A DNA stretch of 62,328 bases, filler included. It is 11 parts of 11 records of this genome, joined end to end, with 100 filler letters (N's around TTAATTAATTAA, not from the genome) between each part and the next. Parts side by side here need not be neighbours in the genome. Positions count along the whole stretch, not along the records: positions 8,877 to 19,538 come from SRR15195285_489; positions 19,639 to 24,281 come from SRR15195285_492; 9 more parts are not named here. One strand, given 5' to 3'. The position numbers and the translations under genes are program-made. The notes below the pieces were generated by a model. The model had not been told where the DNA came from. It was given only the letters and a program-made list of their open reading frames with translations, and ran no database searches. Shown here piece after piece: positions 11,896-24,281 of the stretch (its first letter is position 1; every line of letters starts with the position of its first letter).

Positions 11896-12472
11896 CGCGC
11901 GCGTCCGGTCATGCAAACCGCCGGCGCCGCGCGCGGGCGCGCGTGCATGCCTGCGCGCGTGTCTATCCTCTAGCTAGAGATACTATACTTCTATCTCTAG
12001 AGCGGACTACCGGCGCGGTACACATTATCATCAATGTTCAATCGCATTTCAGCATACCACCATATTATGCATACTGGTAGGGATCCCTCGATCCCTAGCT
12101 CGAGCGCGTCGAGGTACTACATGTAGGAATCCTAGTATGTTTTTGTACCGGCGGCGGCGCGCGGTACCGTATACGATTCGCGTCATATTATATGCAGGCC
12201 GCCGCCGGCGCGCGCGAGGCGCGTGCGTGCGCCGGGCCGGCCCGGCGCGCGGCGCGTATCCGCCGCTCTTGAGCGAGGCGGTGCTCGCCCTGGTTGAAGG
12301 ACGTTCTCTTCATGTGAGAGCAGTACAGTACGCACAGCCAACGCGCCACTACAGTACACGTTAGCGGCTGGCCGTCCAGCGCCAGAATGTGAGCACAGCT
12401 CTGGGCGTTGCCTGGTGCCCTAGCGCAGCGCTGTCACGAAGTCAACGAACTGGTTTGTTCGTCGAAGCATAT

Positions 12473-13585
12473 ATGGATAGCATCCCGAAGCCGATGCGCC
12501 TGATGGCTGCAGGCGCGTGTGCTGGGACTGTCACAAAAACATTCACCGCGCCCCTGGACAGAATCAAGGTACTGCTGCAGGTGCAGGCCATGAGTCCTGA
12601 CGAGAAGGTGGCGTCCAAGTACAACGGGATCATTGGATCGGTGCAACAGGTGCTTAGAGAAGAAGGGTTTCTCGCGCTGTGGCGTGGGAACTTTGCGAAC
12701 TGTGCCCGGATCGTGCCAGTGTATGCAAGCCGATTTGCATTCAACGACCTTATCAGAGACATGGTGATAGAAGAGGGGCAAGACCGGACCAGGCTGCGGC
12801 CGGAGCAAGCGCTTTTTTCCGGGGTCCTCGCCGGCCTTGCTCAGCAGTCGCTCTGCTATCCGTTCGAGACAGTCCGCACGCGGTTGAGCTTGGGGGTGCG
12901 TGATCGATTGATCAATAGTTCTGCGCATGAGTTTGCATTATTGTGTGGCGTGCTTTGGTGATGCCAATACCTGTGCTTGCTGCTACCATACGCGTACACT
13001 TGGGAATCGCGCAGGGCAAAGCCACCGGGCTCGGGCAGAGCTACAACGGGATGCTGGACTGTCTGGTCAAGACCTGCCGCATCGAGGGCATCCCAGCTAT
13101 CTACAAGGGACTCAGCGCATCCTGTCTGTATGGAGGTCCCTACGTAGGTCTGAATATGTCGATAAACGACATGACGAAGCGGATGCTCGCGGGGGAGGAG
13201 TCAACTGACTCGCTCGGGCTGGGTAGCAAGCTGCTGGCTGGCAGCGTGGCGGCCACCACTGCGCAAACAATTGTCTTCCCTCTCGACACTCTGCGGAGAA
13301 GGCTGCAGGTGCGTGTTAGCTCGACTTAACCGAAAGCAACCTTGTATCCCACAGTCCTGCTGTTTTGAGCGCATCGGCGCACTCTGTGCTTCGCAGGCCA
13401 ACGGAGAAGGAGGTACCCAGCGGCTGTATACCGGGCTTCTCGACTGCATCGGCAAGACGTACCGGTCTGAAGGAGTTCGTGGCTTTTACCTCGGTTGCAC
13501 GGCAAACGTGGTGCGTATGATCCCGACGGGCGCGATACAACACTCCGCCTATAGCTTTTTAAAGGATGCTTTCAATTGTTCCTGA
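12473..13585 (+). CDS. Mitochondrial carrier (SLC25), SLC25A16/A42-like by appearance
   Basis: Three PX[DE]XX[KR] signatures (PLDRIK, PFETVR, PLDTLR); introns 12896-13014 and 13309-13396; TGA ends 13585. Confidence 0.92.
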
Positions 13586-13762
13586 AGAGGTTCGCCGTGA
13601 CGTTGCTGGCCGAAGTCCTTGGGTAGCTACAGGTCTGAGCAGATGCAGCGCATCGCTAAATGCATCAGATCCTGTGGCCTGAGCACATCCATTTTCGTTC
13701 AACACGTTGTCGATAACCCATCTCCTTGGACTGAACGTTGTTCAAATAGCACGCTGGTGCGT

Positions 13763-16700
13763 CTAGAACAGCTGGCGGTCCTCCGGAAATCGTGCGGCAA
13801 GGCTTTGTCGGCACAGCAAATCCAAGTGCTCCCACCCAAGCTCCTTCATGAGATCCGCGCGCTCACCCCTGCGACGCACACAATCATGCATGTATGATTG
13901 TACATGTGCGGTAAAATCGTCTCGAGAGTCCGATGACAAGTTCAGAGACCATGACAGGAGCCGCTACTTACCAGGCATCGCGCGACACACCCTTATCCTC
14001 TTTCTTTATCGCCGCCTCCAATGCCTTGAGCGCACACGCAGTTCGACCGTGTGCCTTCTCCACCTTGACCATCAGCCTGTTCTCACAGCAAAATGTTTAA
14101 TCATTTCCCAATGTCAACCAGTTGTTTGGCAACATCAACGATTTCTGTGGAAATTTAGTGAAAGTTTCGAGCAGTACCGTGGAGCATGCTCGAGTGGCTC
14201 AACCCATCCGCTGAGCACTGCAACAGAGCACTCCAGCTCTGCGAGTGTACTTGGGTCCGCGCCGTCTCGCAGCGCGAGGGCTGCCTGAGCGGTTGCCTTG
14301 CTCACCTGTCACGCGTAGTTTGCCTTTAAACGCCATAAAGGCTTGCAGGAGTTTGGCGTGGCTCACGAGTGCTGCGAGGAGCGACTTCTTGAGGTTCTCA
14401 TCGTCCTGCCGGAGTTTCTTCGTCGCAGCATCGGCATCATCGAGGAGACGCTTCGCAAGCGCCGCCTGCGCGTCAACAATGTCGAATGCACACCTCTAAT
14501 GCAATTATACGCTAGCGACGGTTGTGACGTAGATCACGCAAAATTTAGCTGGCTTGGCTTGAGGGCACACCTGCACGCGGTCCGCGTCGATCTCAGCAAG
14601 CACAGCCTCAGCTGCAGACACGACGGCAGCCCACGCCGACTCAGCTTCTCCTTCCTCTGCCTTTTCGGCATCCTTTTTGGCACGCTCCATTGCCTCCTGC
14701 AGTAGTGAGCGAATCTATTATTAATAGACAGCTGTTCGAATAGTGAGTAAAGGAACAGCGGCCTGGCGATAATGTTTGTGCAGTGCTTTTGTCCTGCTGA
14801 CAATATACGGCACCCGGACTAGAAATCAGGTGCGATCGACAGACACGACGATCTCACCGAGAGCAGCGGCAAGTGTGTAGGATACTCCTTCAGCAGCTCC
14901 GCCAGCATCATTCCGTAGTCCTCTTTGTCCTTCGTTGCACTGAGCTGCTTAATCTGCAACTCGCGGATCGCCTCTTTATTCTTCTCCGCTTCGGAGCGCG
15001 TGTCCTCCGGCTCGTCAGCAACTGGTTTCGGCTCGCTCGCCAGTCCGGGCGGAACTGTGTAGCGTGCCGTGATACGAGCACTGCGCCATCGAACACCGAA
15101 ACCAAATCAGATACCTCCATGGTTCTGGTGGAAAGCCCAGCGTTAACAGCGCAGCGGTTGAAGACACATTGGATAGCTCACCAGTTGCTCTTGCCCTCAA
15201 TGAAGTCTTCCGCTGGAGCCGCAGATTCAAACTTGATCGCGCCCAGCAGTGTATCCCCCGGCTCAACACCTTTGATGTCTGTCGCAGCGCTGTCGTCAAC
15301 TGAGAAAAATATTGGCATGCATTCGCCGCCAGCGAGCCGCGTCAAGCTGGGTGCCTTGCCTGTGCACAGCATAACATCTCTCTCTCTCAGATCCCAACAA
15401 TTCCGACCAGAGACAGCATGCAATTTTTTGTCACACCAGTGCCTGCAATCGCGTTGTTGGCGCTGTTGTATGCAGTGAGCGGGACAGACTTTGGGAGATC
15501 AGTGTCTACCCCGATGACCTGTCAAACAAACATACATGCGCGCACGCACACGCACACGTACACATACACGTATCTCTCACCACGATGTTTTGAGAGATTA
15601 GACTGGTGCAGTCGCGCGCGAAGAATTCATCATACCATCCCAACAAAGGCTTTGAGGCTAGACGCCGAAGCTCCACGGATCTGCATGACCACGGTATTCT
15701 TGCCCTTCGGCAACTTCAGCTCCTCTGGCCAGGCATCGGAGGCACCAAGAAAGCGCTTGTGCTCGTCATAAACCATCATGAGCTGGCACATCAAACGATT
15801 TGTCAGATTCTCAATTGTTGCTTCTTCAGGGCAGATATCTGGGCGCACCTGTGACTCAATAGGATTCTCATACAGGCGATTCTGCACGCGGAGGGCACGG
15901 AGGGTAACACTGCTATCCTCTTTCAGCTCTAGCTCGTACTCCTGTTGCAGCTCGTGAGAGCGCTGCAAAACGATCGTGGCACATACGAGTTAACTCAAGC
16001 CAAGGTGCAAAAGAGGAAGTACACGACATTCGGGAAATGTTTGGGAACTCTTCTTACCTGCTCATCTGGGAAGAGGTCACGTTCTCCCAGTGGAACTATG
16101 CTAGCACCAGATTTCGGGCGCAACAGCCGACGTTGCACAGTAAGCGACGCCGAGGGCGAGACAGCTGTGCTGCCGATAGTTTCCGGCGCGGTAATGTCAA
16201 TGCGTGCGATGGACTGTGCGCCGTCAAGAACAAGGTCGGTCGTACTAGCTGTCACTCCGTGGAACGTAATTGATATCCCTGCTAGCCCTGAGCCAAGGCT
16301 CGACCAGAATTGCGCCAGGGTCAGCTCCAGCGTCCGTCCTCCCCAGACCTTAAACTTGTGAACCTTTTTGTCTCCTTGATTCGCAAACCACCGTGGCTTG
16401 TGTTCCGTGAGCGAAAACGGCACGTGCGGGACCAGCTGCAGAGCGTGCATGTACAGCATGCGACGATCTCCTCCTAGACCTGTGTACGAGTCCATTCCCA
16501 CTGTCACCTCAGCCCAAGTAGCGCCAGCTGGGACCGCAATGAAGTGGCGATGAATTGCCCCAGGCGACATTTGCAGCGATTTCGGCGGTGCACACACAAC
16601 CTCAGGGGCACCCGCCGCACTGACATCAACCCCGGTGGGTTTCATCACGCAGACTGGTACACGGAAAAGTGGTTGACCGACTTCGCCCTCGGGGCTAGGT

Positions 16701-19128
16701 GCTTCATAACCTAAAACTTCAGCATGGTGTGCTGCACCTTCGGGGAGTGCAGTAGTGTCGACTGAGACATTGAAACCTGCAATAAGAGACACCGCCCGTG
16801 TTCACAAAAGCATTACGCAATTGCATATATACTCGATGCTGATGTGTACATGCAATTCGTATGCGCAGCTCTGTGACCGCAAGTACAGCAAGTGCTACTG
16901 GAGAGGGAGAAAGGAGGTGGGTGCAGAAACATTCGTCTCAGTGTGACGTACCACGACCTGTGGCCATCAGCACCAAAGCTGATGGTACTTTGATCCAGTC
17001 CACGGTCGGCACAAGAAGTACATGAGACTCGAAATCAATCCGCAATTGGTTGTCGGATTTCATCACACGCGATCCTGTAGGCGCCGAGGTCTGGTCTTGC
17101 ATCCGCGGTGTAACGGAAACCATCACCTGCTGCGTCCCCATCTCGCATGGCTCTCGTAGGTAAATTCCTTTCTTAGGAGCGCCAGAGCCTGCGAACACAA
17201 CACCAGGTAGCAGAATTCATATAATCGATTATTGATTCTGCTCGCTGATCTATACTCGCTGCCCTTGTGAAGATGTCTCTGCTAGTTTCGTTTCGTCTAT
17301 TGGCTGCTTCGTTATTCTGCTCACCATGACCTGGCATGCTGACGCTGACGTCGTAGCTGATATCATCTGTCCACTTATCCGCACGCGACTTGAGGTATTC
17401 GAAGCACGCATCGACCTACTCCAGCGTAATCCAGCGCACAGCGCAGCAGTTCAGCAGTTCGGTCGTGTATGACTTTTCGCGAAGAATCCAGCAACGGGGA
17501 TCAAGTACCTGGACGATGCCGTGGCCCACCTCCGAGCGGTCGGCGCCCGGCAGCGGCTTTGCGGTGCTGATCAACGCGTGCCGCACGCGCGCTGGTGTTG
17601 CGGGGATTGAATGAGCCTTGCACGCAGAAAGAACCAGAGCGACACAGCCTGTGAGGTTCGGAGATGACATCGAGGTACCTGAGGTTCGACACAGCCCGTG
17701 AGGTTAGAAAATGACACCCAGGTACCTGAGGTTAGGAGATGACTCGATACCGTTCATCAGCTGGCCGCGTTGTAGAGTCCAGGTTGGGACTGATGTGATA
17801 GCTGCCCCAGGCGCAGTAAGCTGTACGCCTTGAGAGCCGTCCTGAGCAGGCCCACGGCTGGACCATGTCGTCATGGTACTCGGCACCTTCTCAAGCATCG
17901 AGTACTCAGCCTCCATCATTGCTGGTGTCACGTACGCTCCACAAGAGATAATCTCTTCACAAGTCCCACCCGGTGCCCCGACAGTCGTGTATGCGGGCCC
18001 GTTGTTCCCCGCAGAGGATATAAAGATGATGCCGTGCTTGTTGACCACCTCGGCGGCCTTCTCAAGGAAGCGCCCGGCATTTGGTGGCGATGCGGCCTCA
18101 CCGAAGGAAAGATTGATGAGGTCACAGCCATTGTCCAGCACAGTGCGCAGCCCGCGGACAAGCGCCGAAGCAGTCTCCATACCGTCCAGCCGCGAGTCAC
18201 CGATCTTCACAGCGACAATCTGCGCACCGGGCGCCACCCCGTTGAACTCGGGGGCATCTTCGTGGCATGCGCCCACGATGCCGGCGACATGCGTGCCATG
18301 AGCCCCACTGTCGCATACGACGCTGAGCACGCTGCCTTCGTCAAAGATATTGATGGCATAGTTCATCAGCGTACCTGCAGGGTCGAGATTCTCGCCCGTG
18401 AACGTCCCGTACTTGCGTTCTGCGCGGAAGTTCGTGAGTGGCTCGAGGGCCGAGACGTCACCATCATCAGTCGTGCCGACCACCGCTCGCCAGTCAGAGC
18501 CGTCGTGCCACACGACCGCATCAATCACGGGCCCCAAATCCTTCACTATCGACTCTGCACTCTCCAGCTGCTCAAGGTGCGCCTTGAGCTCCCGCTGTGT
18601 GGCCTTGTCCTCCTCGCTGAGGGGTTTGCTGACGGGATGGGCCACCTCGAACTCGCTCAACACGGTGCGTGCCTTAGTGGTGGCGGCCCGCTGCGCCTCA
18701 TCGAAAAATTTCTTGCGCGCCTTCTTGATCCGGCTCGCTAGCCCACCAGGAATGACATCGTAGAGCGGTTTCGCCCCAACTCTGAAGTTGCCGGTCGGAT
18801 TCGACCACCCGTCGTTGAGGGTGATTGTGCGCCCTGACTTGCCCTCGATGGTGAGCTTGCCGTCCGCCACTTTCGCTTCCCGCACGGTGCTCGTGTCGAT
18901 GTCGCCCGAGCCAGTGGCGTCCACAACGTCGATGACCTTCGGCCTGCCGTCTGGGCACGTCGCGTTCAGCCCAGGAGCCCCCGGGTCCGTACCCGTGTCG
19001 AGAATCGCCACCACCACATTCCGTCCGTCGCACTCCGGATACTTCGACAGGAACATCTCCGCCTGCGTGCTGGCCGTCGGCACCCGCACCGAGTCCGCAG
19101 GGAACGTCGCCGTCGGCTGCTCCGCCAT
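13763..19128 (-). CDS. TPP2: Tripeptidyl-peptidase II (subtilisin S8 family); multi-intron
   Basis: Catalytic motifs VAILDTG, HGTHVAGI, SAGNNGP and MNG|TSMSSPN (restored by splicing 17750-17679); C-terminus LMKELGWEHL..RFPEDRQLF-stop typical of TPPII. Confidence 0.95.
17679..17750 (-). other. 72-nt intron made of degenerate tandem copies of the downstream exon
   Basis: Intron gtatcgagtcatctcctaacctcag|gtacctgggtgtcattttctaacctcacgggctgtgtcgaacctcag vs exon gtacctcgatgtcatctccgaacctcacaggctgtgtc; contains an in-frame TAA. Confidence 0.9.
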
Positions 19129-19638
19129 CCTCCCACCTGAATACGTCTGTACGCGAATTCCGCTGCTGCGACGCCTCCAGCACGGCGCACGGGCGCTGCT
19201 CTGCAACACGAGGTGGCTGCGCCCGGATCCAGTAGAGCGCCTCGCCAGCGTCGGCAGTAGCGAGCCTCGCGAGCACCGAATTGTGAACCAAAACTGTTGC
19301 ACACGATGGCCAACAGGCACTCTACACGTACCCAGTATATATAGATAGTAGGCAGAGACTGCGCACGGACAGCCGTGTACACCTGAGGACGACTATCACT
19401 GCTCCTGGCGGTCCCTCGCGCTCGCGATCAGCCAATCGCGCCGCGCGCCGCGCCCCCGCGCGCGGCGCGGGCGCGGGGGCACGCGTGCTGACTCGGGCCG
19501 GGGACATTGGCCATGACAATGTGATTTAGCGGTCGGGGNNNNNNNNNNNNNNNNNNNNNNNNNNNNNNNNNNNNNNNNNNNNTTAATTAATTAANNNNNN
19601 NNNNNNNNNNNNNNNNNNNNNNNNNNNNNNNNNNNNNN

Positions 19639-19669
19639 ACTCCGTTTTAAAACGGAGTCGCGTGGCGGA
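19639..19669. repeat. Palindrome-family copy truncated by contig start
   Basis: Perfect 20-bp actccgttttaaaacggagt followed by cgcgtggcgga, matching the right arm of the 2766 copy. Confidence 0.8.
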
Positions 19670-20024
19670 ATTTGGATTCTCATTCATTCCCGCAAAGGAA
19701 GACAAGTTGAACGTCACCATTGATTGGGCCTCTGAATCGCCATTCGCAGTGAAATAAATGCAACATCCTATCGCTGTGGCGGCCGCCGCCTTGCCGCGGC
19801 ATCGCGCGTGAATGCAAGATCGCCGCGCCGGCGCGACCGCGACTCGCTGCCGCGCGCGCGGGGCAGTCGGTGGGGCCGGGCATGCGCACGCTGTCGCTGA
19901 TCAGGCTGCGCGCGTGGAGCGAGCCGCCGAGCCCTCTCCGCTCGAGCCCGCTTCCCGCCGCCGGCGAGCCAGAAGCTCTATTTTCGGCTTAGTGCTTTTC
20001 TGTATTTGCGCCAGCTCGGGGGGC

Positions 20025-22882
20025 ATGTCCTTTTTGCTGTGCATCAGTGCGAGCTTGGCCACCTGTTCGTCTGCACCGGTCGAGTCAACCTCAGTTCCCA
20101 CGATCGTGCAGGGCCTCGTGGGCGAGTACACACGGCAGCCGATGCGGGTGCCAAGCAACCAGACAGTCGGGGCCCCGCTCCTCGGAAACGGAGAGTTTGG
20201 TGTTGTCATCGGCGGCCGGCCAGCGGACAATAACTTGACATTCTTCCTCGGCTCGAACCAGTTTTGGTCCGCTCCCACCAGTGGGATTTCACAGTGTGGG
20301 TTCCGCGATGGCGACAATCTTTACTTCGAGCTAGGTGGTGGCGGTGGTGTGCGCCAGATAGGTGGTGTGACCATTAGTGCACCTGGTTTTGTCAACGCCG
20401 GCCGTACGAAGCCAGAGCAGTATCGCGCCTGGCAGCGGATGGCGAACGCCACAGCCGCCACTCGGCACACGCGTGGCACTGATGGGCGTGCTCTGCTCAC
20501 AGATTCATATGTTCACGCCGATCAAAATTTGCTCGTTACACGAATAAAGGTCGTAGATAACTCCAGCGTTGCTGGCCGCAAGAGTGAACCGCTTCGGATC
20601 GTGGTGTGGACAGTGGGATCAGGCATCGGCCCGGCTCACAGCTATCCGAACAAGCAAATACGCCTGCCACCGAATATTAGTGACCCGAGCTTGATCCCAG
20701 CTTGCGCGTTCCCGACTCGTGCTGGGTGCATCTCATCGTCTTCAACGCGATCAACATTGTTCACAGACGGAGCCTCCGCATGCAAAGATGGGGCTGCCGT
20801 GCTCGGAGCAGGTGTGAGCAGAATGGCTGGATTTCCCTTTCAACAAACGCCACACACCAATGTCACAGTCATCGCTGCAGCGGTCGGGGCGTTCATGCGG
20901 TCTTCTGGCACTTCGACAGTCAACGGCAGCGGCAATGGAGGTAGCTCACCTACAATGTCAACAGCACCAGCGGCACTGCGCGATATTGTGGCTGAACGTG
21001 GCAGCAGTGGTGGTGATCGAGTGTCTTTTACGTTGGACCTTGCTCCTGGCGATGAGCTTTTGCTCACTACATCCCTCGTCAGCAACCGCGACGCTAACTG
21101 GACAGATCCCATGCAAGCTGCTGCGCAGCATGTATATGGTCTTGACAAGCACGGTGTAATTGAGCGGCTTGACGAGCAGCATCGTTTGTGGTGGGCTAAA
21201 TTTTGGAGCAAATCTTATGTGCACATTGAGACAAATCGGCCGATGTTCGACCAGGGAGTCCACCGGTTCTACTACGGTGCGCTGCATGTGCTGGCATCGG
21301 CATCGCGATCTGGAAAAGTGGCCCCGGGGTTGTACGGACCATTCGTTACGTGCGACCACATGCTGTGGGGCGATGGTGCGTTTGGTGTGGCCATCATTGG
21401 TTGCAGTGTTTGCAGTACAAACATAATCCTAGTACATCATTAACCGATTGTGCATCATTGTTGGTAGATTTTCACCTCAACTACAATTTTCAGGCAGCGT
21501 TCTACGGGGCTGTCGGGTCAAACCGGCCTGAACTTGCAGATTCCTTCTTCCCACCCGTGCTTAACCACGTTCCAATTGCTCGAACAAATGCACACAACGA
21601 CTTTGGCTGTCCCGGAGTCGTCTTTGACGGGGCAATTGGTCCTCGAGGTATGCTGGCTACTCATGTAGGAGACATGGGTCAGAGGAGCGATGCTGCGTTC
21701 GCCGCTGTGAATTTTGTATCACGTTGGTTGTACACACGAGACACTGGATTTCTGCTGGATGACTTCGAGACAGGACAACTAGGTTGGGCTAGGACTGCGG
21801 TAACCCCGTACGACTTGCTGAAAGATATAGCTGCATTTTGGAATTGCTACCTTGTGCGGAACTCCACGACCGGTATGTATCAGCTAGACGATATCAACGA
21901 CTGCGTTGGCGAGATTTGCCAAGACAATACAGATGGAATCGATGTCAATCCAGTTGGCGAGCTGGCGCTGCTGCGCTACACCTTGGCAGGTCTAATTGAT
22001 GCCTCCGTTGCATTGGATCGTGACGCTGCTCTCCGTTCTAAGTGGACTGAGATGCTGTGCCATCTCGCGCCATACCCGTCCAAGACTCTGCCAAATGGTG
22101 GCGGTCCGGTTTTTCTTGAAGTGATCAAGCGAAACTCGTCGATTGCTCCGGCCATGATGCCCACTGCACCAGCAGGAATTGACAGTTCGATGGCGATCTG
22201 GCCTGGTGGTGCGACAGTCTCGGCGCTAGACCGATGCGCCTTGCCGTACTCGACGGTGCAAGAGATGATCAGAAACGGGCTTGCCAACACCTCTGAAACA
22301 TTTGGTGGGGACAGCTATCAAACACCAGCTGCTGCGATCTATGCGCGGTACAACAGGACGGCATTGTTTCCAGCGCTAGAACGAGGCTTGCAGCCCTGCA
22401 CTGAGCAATGCAACGCCATGTACATGTGTGGCGAGCTCTGTTTGCATCCGAGTCTGTATCTGGATCAGCATAACGGCGGAGGTCTCGAGACAGCTGGTGC
22501 TATTGAGTGGGTGCATGCAATGCTACTACAATCGCGCGATGGGGTGTTGCGGGTATTCGCGTGGCTACCTGAGGGCACTCGCGCTGCCTCGTTTGTACGA
22601 CTGCGAGCCGTCGGTGCTTTCTTGGTGTCTGCAAACTACACAGCGACCCATGGTGTGGCGTCACCCGTCGTTGTCCAGAGCGAGTCCAAGCAACGGTGCA
22701 TAATGGAAGAGTTGCAAGGATGGGAAGGTAAAAACGTGACTGTGTGCTGCGGGCCGCAGCAAATTGAGGCGCACAGACGTTTGGACGATCTCGGGCGTAA
22801 ACTGTGGTCATGGTCGACAGAGGCGAAGGGCACTTACCGAGTGCACAAGGATGTAGCAGCTTGTATTGAACAGGTTGAATAA
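20025..22882 (+). CDS. Secreted GH95-like (alpha/alpha)6 glycoside hydrolase
   Basis: Signal peptide; APLLGNGEFG; PGLYGPF..WGD|DFHLNYNFQAAFYG (intron 21376-21467); AMLLQSRDGVLRVFAWLP..FVRLRAVGAFLVSA. Confidence 0.75.
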
Positions 22883-23441
22883 TCAAACCAATGAAAACGT
22901 GTACGCCGGGCTGTTTGGATGATGATGATGATGATGGGGTGGTGGCGACGGACCACAGTTGCTCTGCACATGTCTGCATCGTGCCCTGCAGTATTCGTGC
23001 TGTACAGCATTTGGAGCTAGTAGAGCTAGTAATGATAGCGTAGAGATGCAAAACTGGCTAGCAAATGGAACACGTTGCACGCGACCTGTTCGGTACCATT
23101 CGCACCGTCTCCTCACAGCGCGCCTCATTGCCTAAGCATTCTATACGCGAATCCTTGCGAAGAGGGTTGGCGCAGCGCAACCGGTACGTGAGTCTGGCTA
23201 GACGCATTTCGAGACCCGTAGGCTAACGAACACTTGTTTACAGTACGGTCTCGAGAGGAGAAGAAGGCAGTGTTTGCGCAGCTTGCAGTCTCTGGGCCAG
23301 TACCAACACTATAGTGCACTGCAATAAATATGTGGCAAGAGCACAAGGTGGTGCGCTCGACGCCATTTGGCTGTAAATTAGACGCAGATGCCACTCACAC
23401 CTACACTCGCAGCATGCGAGTGCTACAAAACACGCAGGCAC

Positions 23442-24281
23442 CTAGGAAAATTGCAAGATTTTCTGCACTACGTCTTCTTCACCGCCGAAGACCTTGCCGT
23501 CAGGACATATTGCCTGCCCACCTCCGAGGAAGTACGCCAACGCGTTCGAAGCATGTGGGTATTGCGACGCATCTACCTGCATAATCGTCGAGAGCGGCTC
23601 ACACGCGACGACCAGTAGCTTGCCAAGGCTCTCCGCGACCCGAAACTCCTTCATGCACCATCTGTGCAAAGGTGTGCGCAAAGGGCGGAGGGTCAAGACA
23701 TACGCACATACATGTGCGCATATGCGCAGCCGCACATTCATGCCGAGGCATTACTACTTCTGGCACAGCAATGAACTTGCAAACAAGCGCACTGAGGGCA
23801 ACCGGCTAGGGAGCATCGCGCTTTGCGCTCACGGCGAAGTGAGGTAGTCCGCGTTGACGAAGCAAATGATCTTCTTGGATTTTTGCGCCGAGGGAAACCA
23901 CTCGGAGAACCAGTTGTCGCTGTCCTTCGGAATGTTTGTCTTCTGCTGCCACACGGCCAACCCTCGGGCTACTAGCTGCTCCCGCACTTGGAGGCAGATG
24001 GCGTCGCAATTCGTCTTGTTCGAAAACACGAAGTCGAAGACATCGCCGAGCGTCTCAATCTCGGTGGTGATGCCGTGCGACTCCACCGTCAGCGCCTGGG
24101 GCACAGATCGTGCAAGTTCGGGCTCCGGCTCGTCCCCGGCGGCAGCGGCCGCTGGTGCGCCCGGCGCTCCGCCCGTATGGGCCTGCATCACGTAGCTGAT
24201 CAGCGTGCTCTCCGGCTCGTCGGTGTCCATCGCCGCCTCGAGCTCCGCCGAGGACATGCCGGCCTCCCTCGCGCGCTGGCG
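23442..24281 (-). CDS. TIR (TIR_2-like) domain protein, 5'-truncated
   Basis: FDFVFSNK..LVARGLAVWQQ..IICFVNADYLTSP|WCMKEF (intron 23832-23662); upstream helical motif AGMSSAELEAAMDTDEPESTLI and an EPEPE tract. Confidence 0.8.

Noticed and set aside
17704-17706. In-frame TAA at the TPP2 active site read as pseudogene, readthrough or alternative genetic code
   Set aside because: A canonical GT-AG 72-nt intron removes it and restores MNGTSMSSPN; the other ORF breaks I checked are also explained by introns.
17640-17750. Short direct repeats as a CRISPR array (also 4449-4476)
   Set aside because: Repeats are adjacent with no unique spacers, lie in eukaryotic introns, and no cas genes are present.
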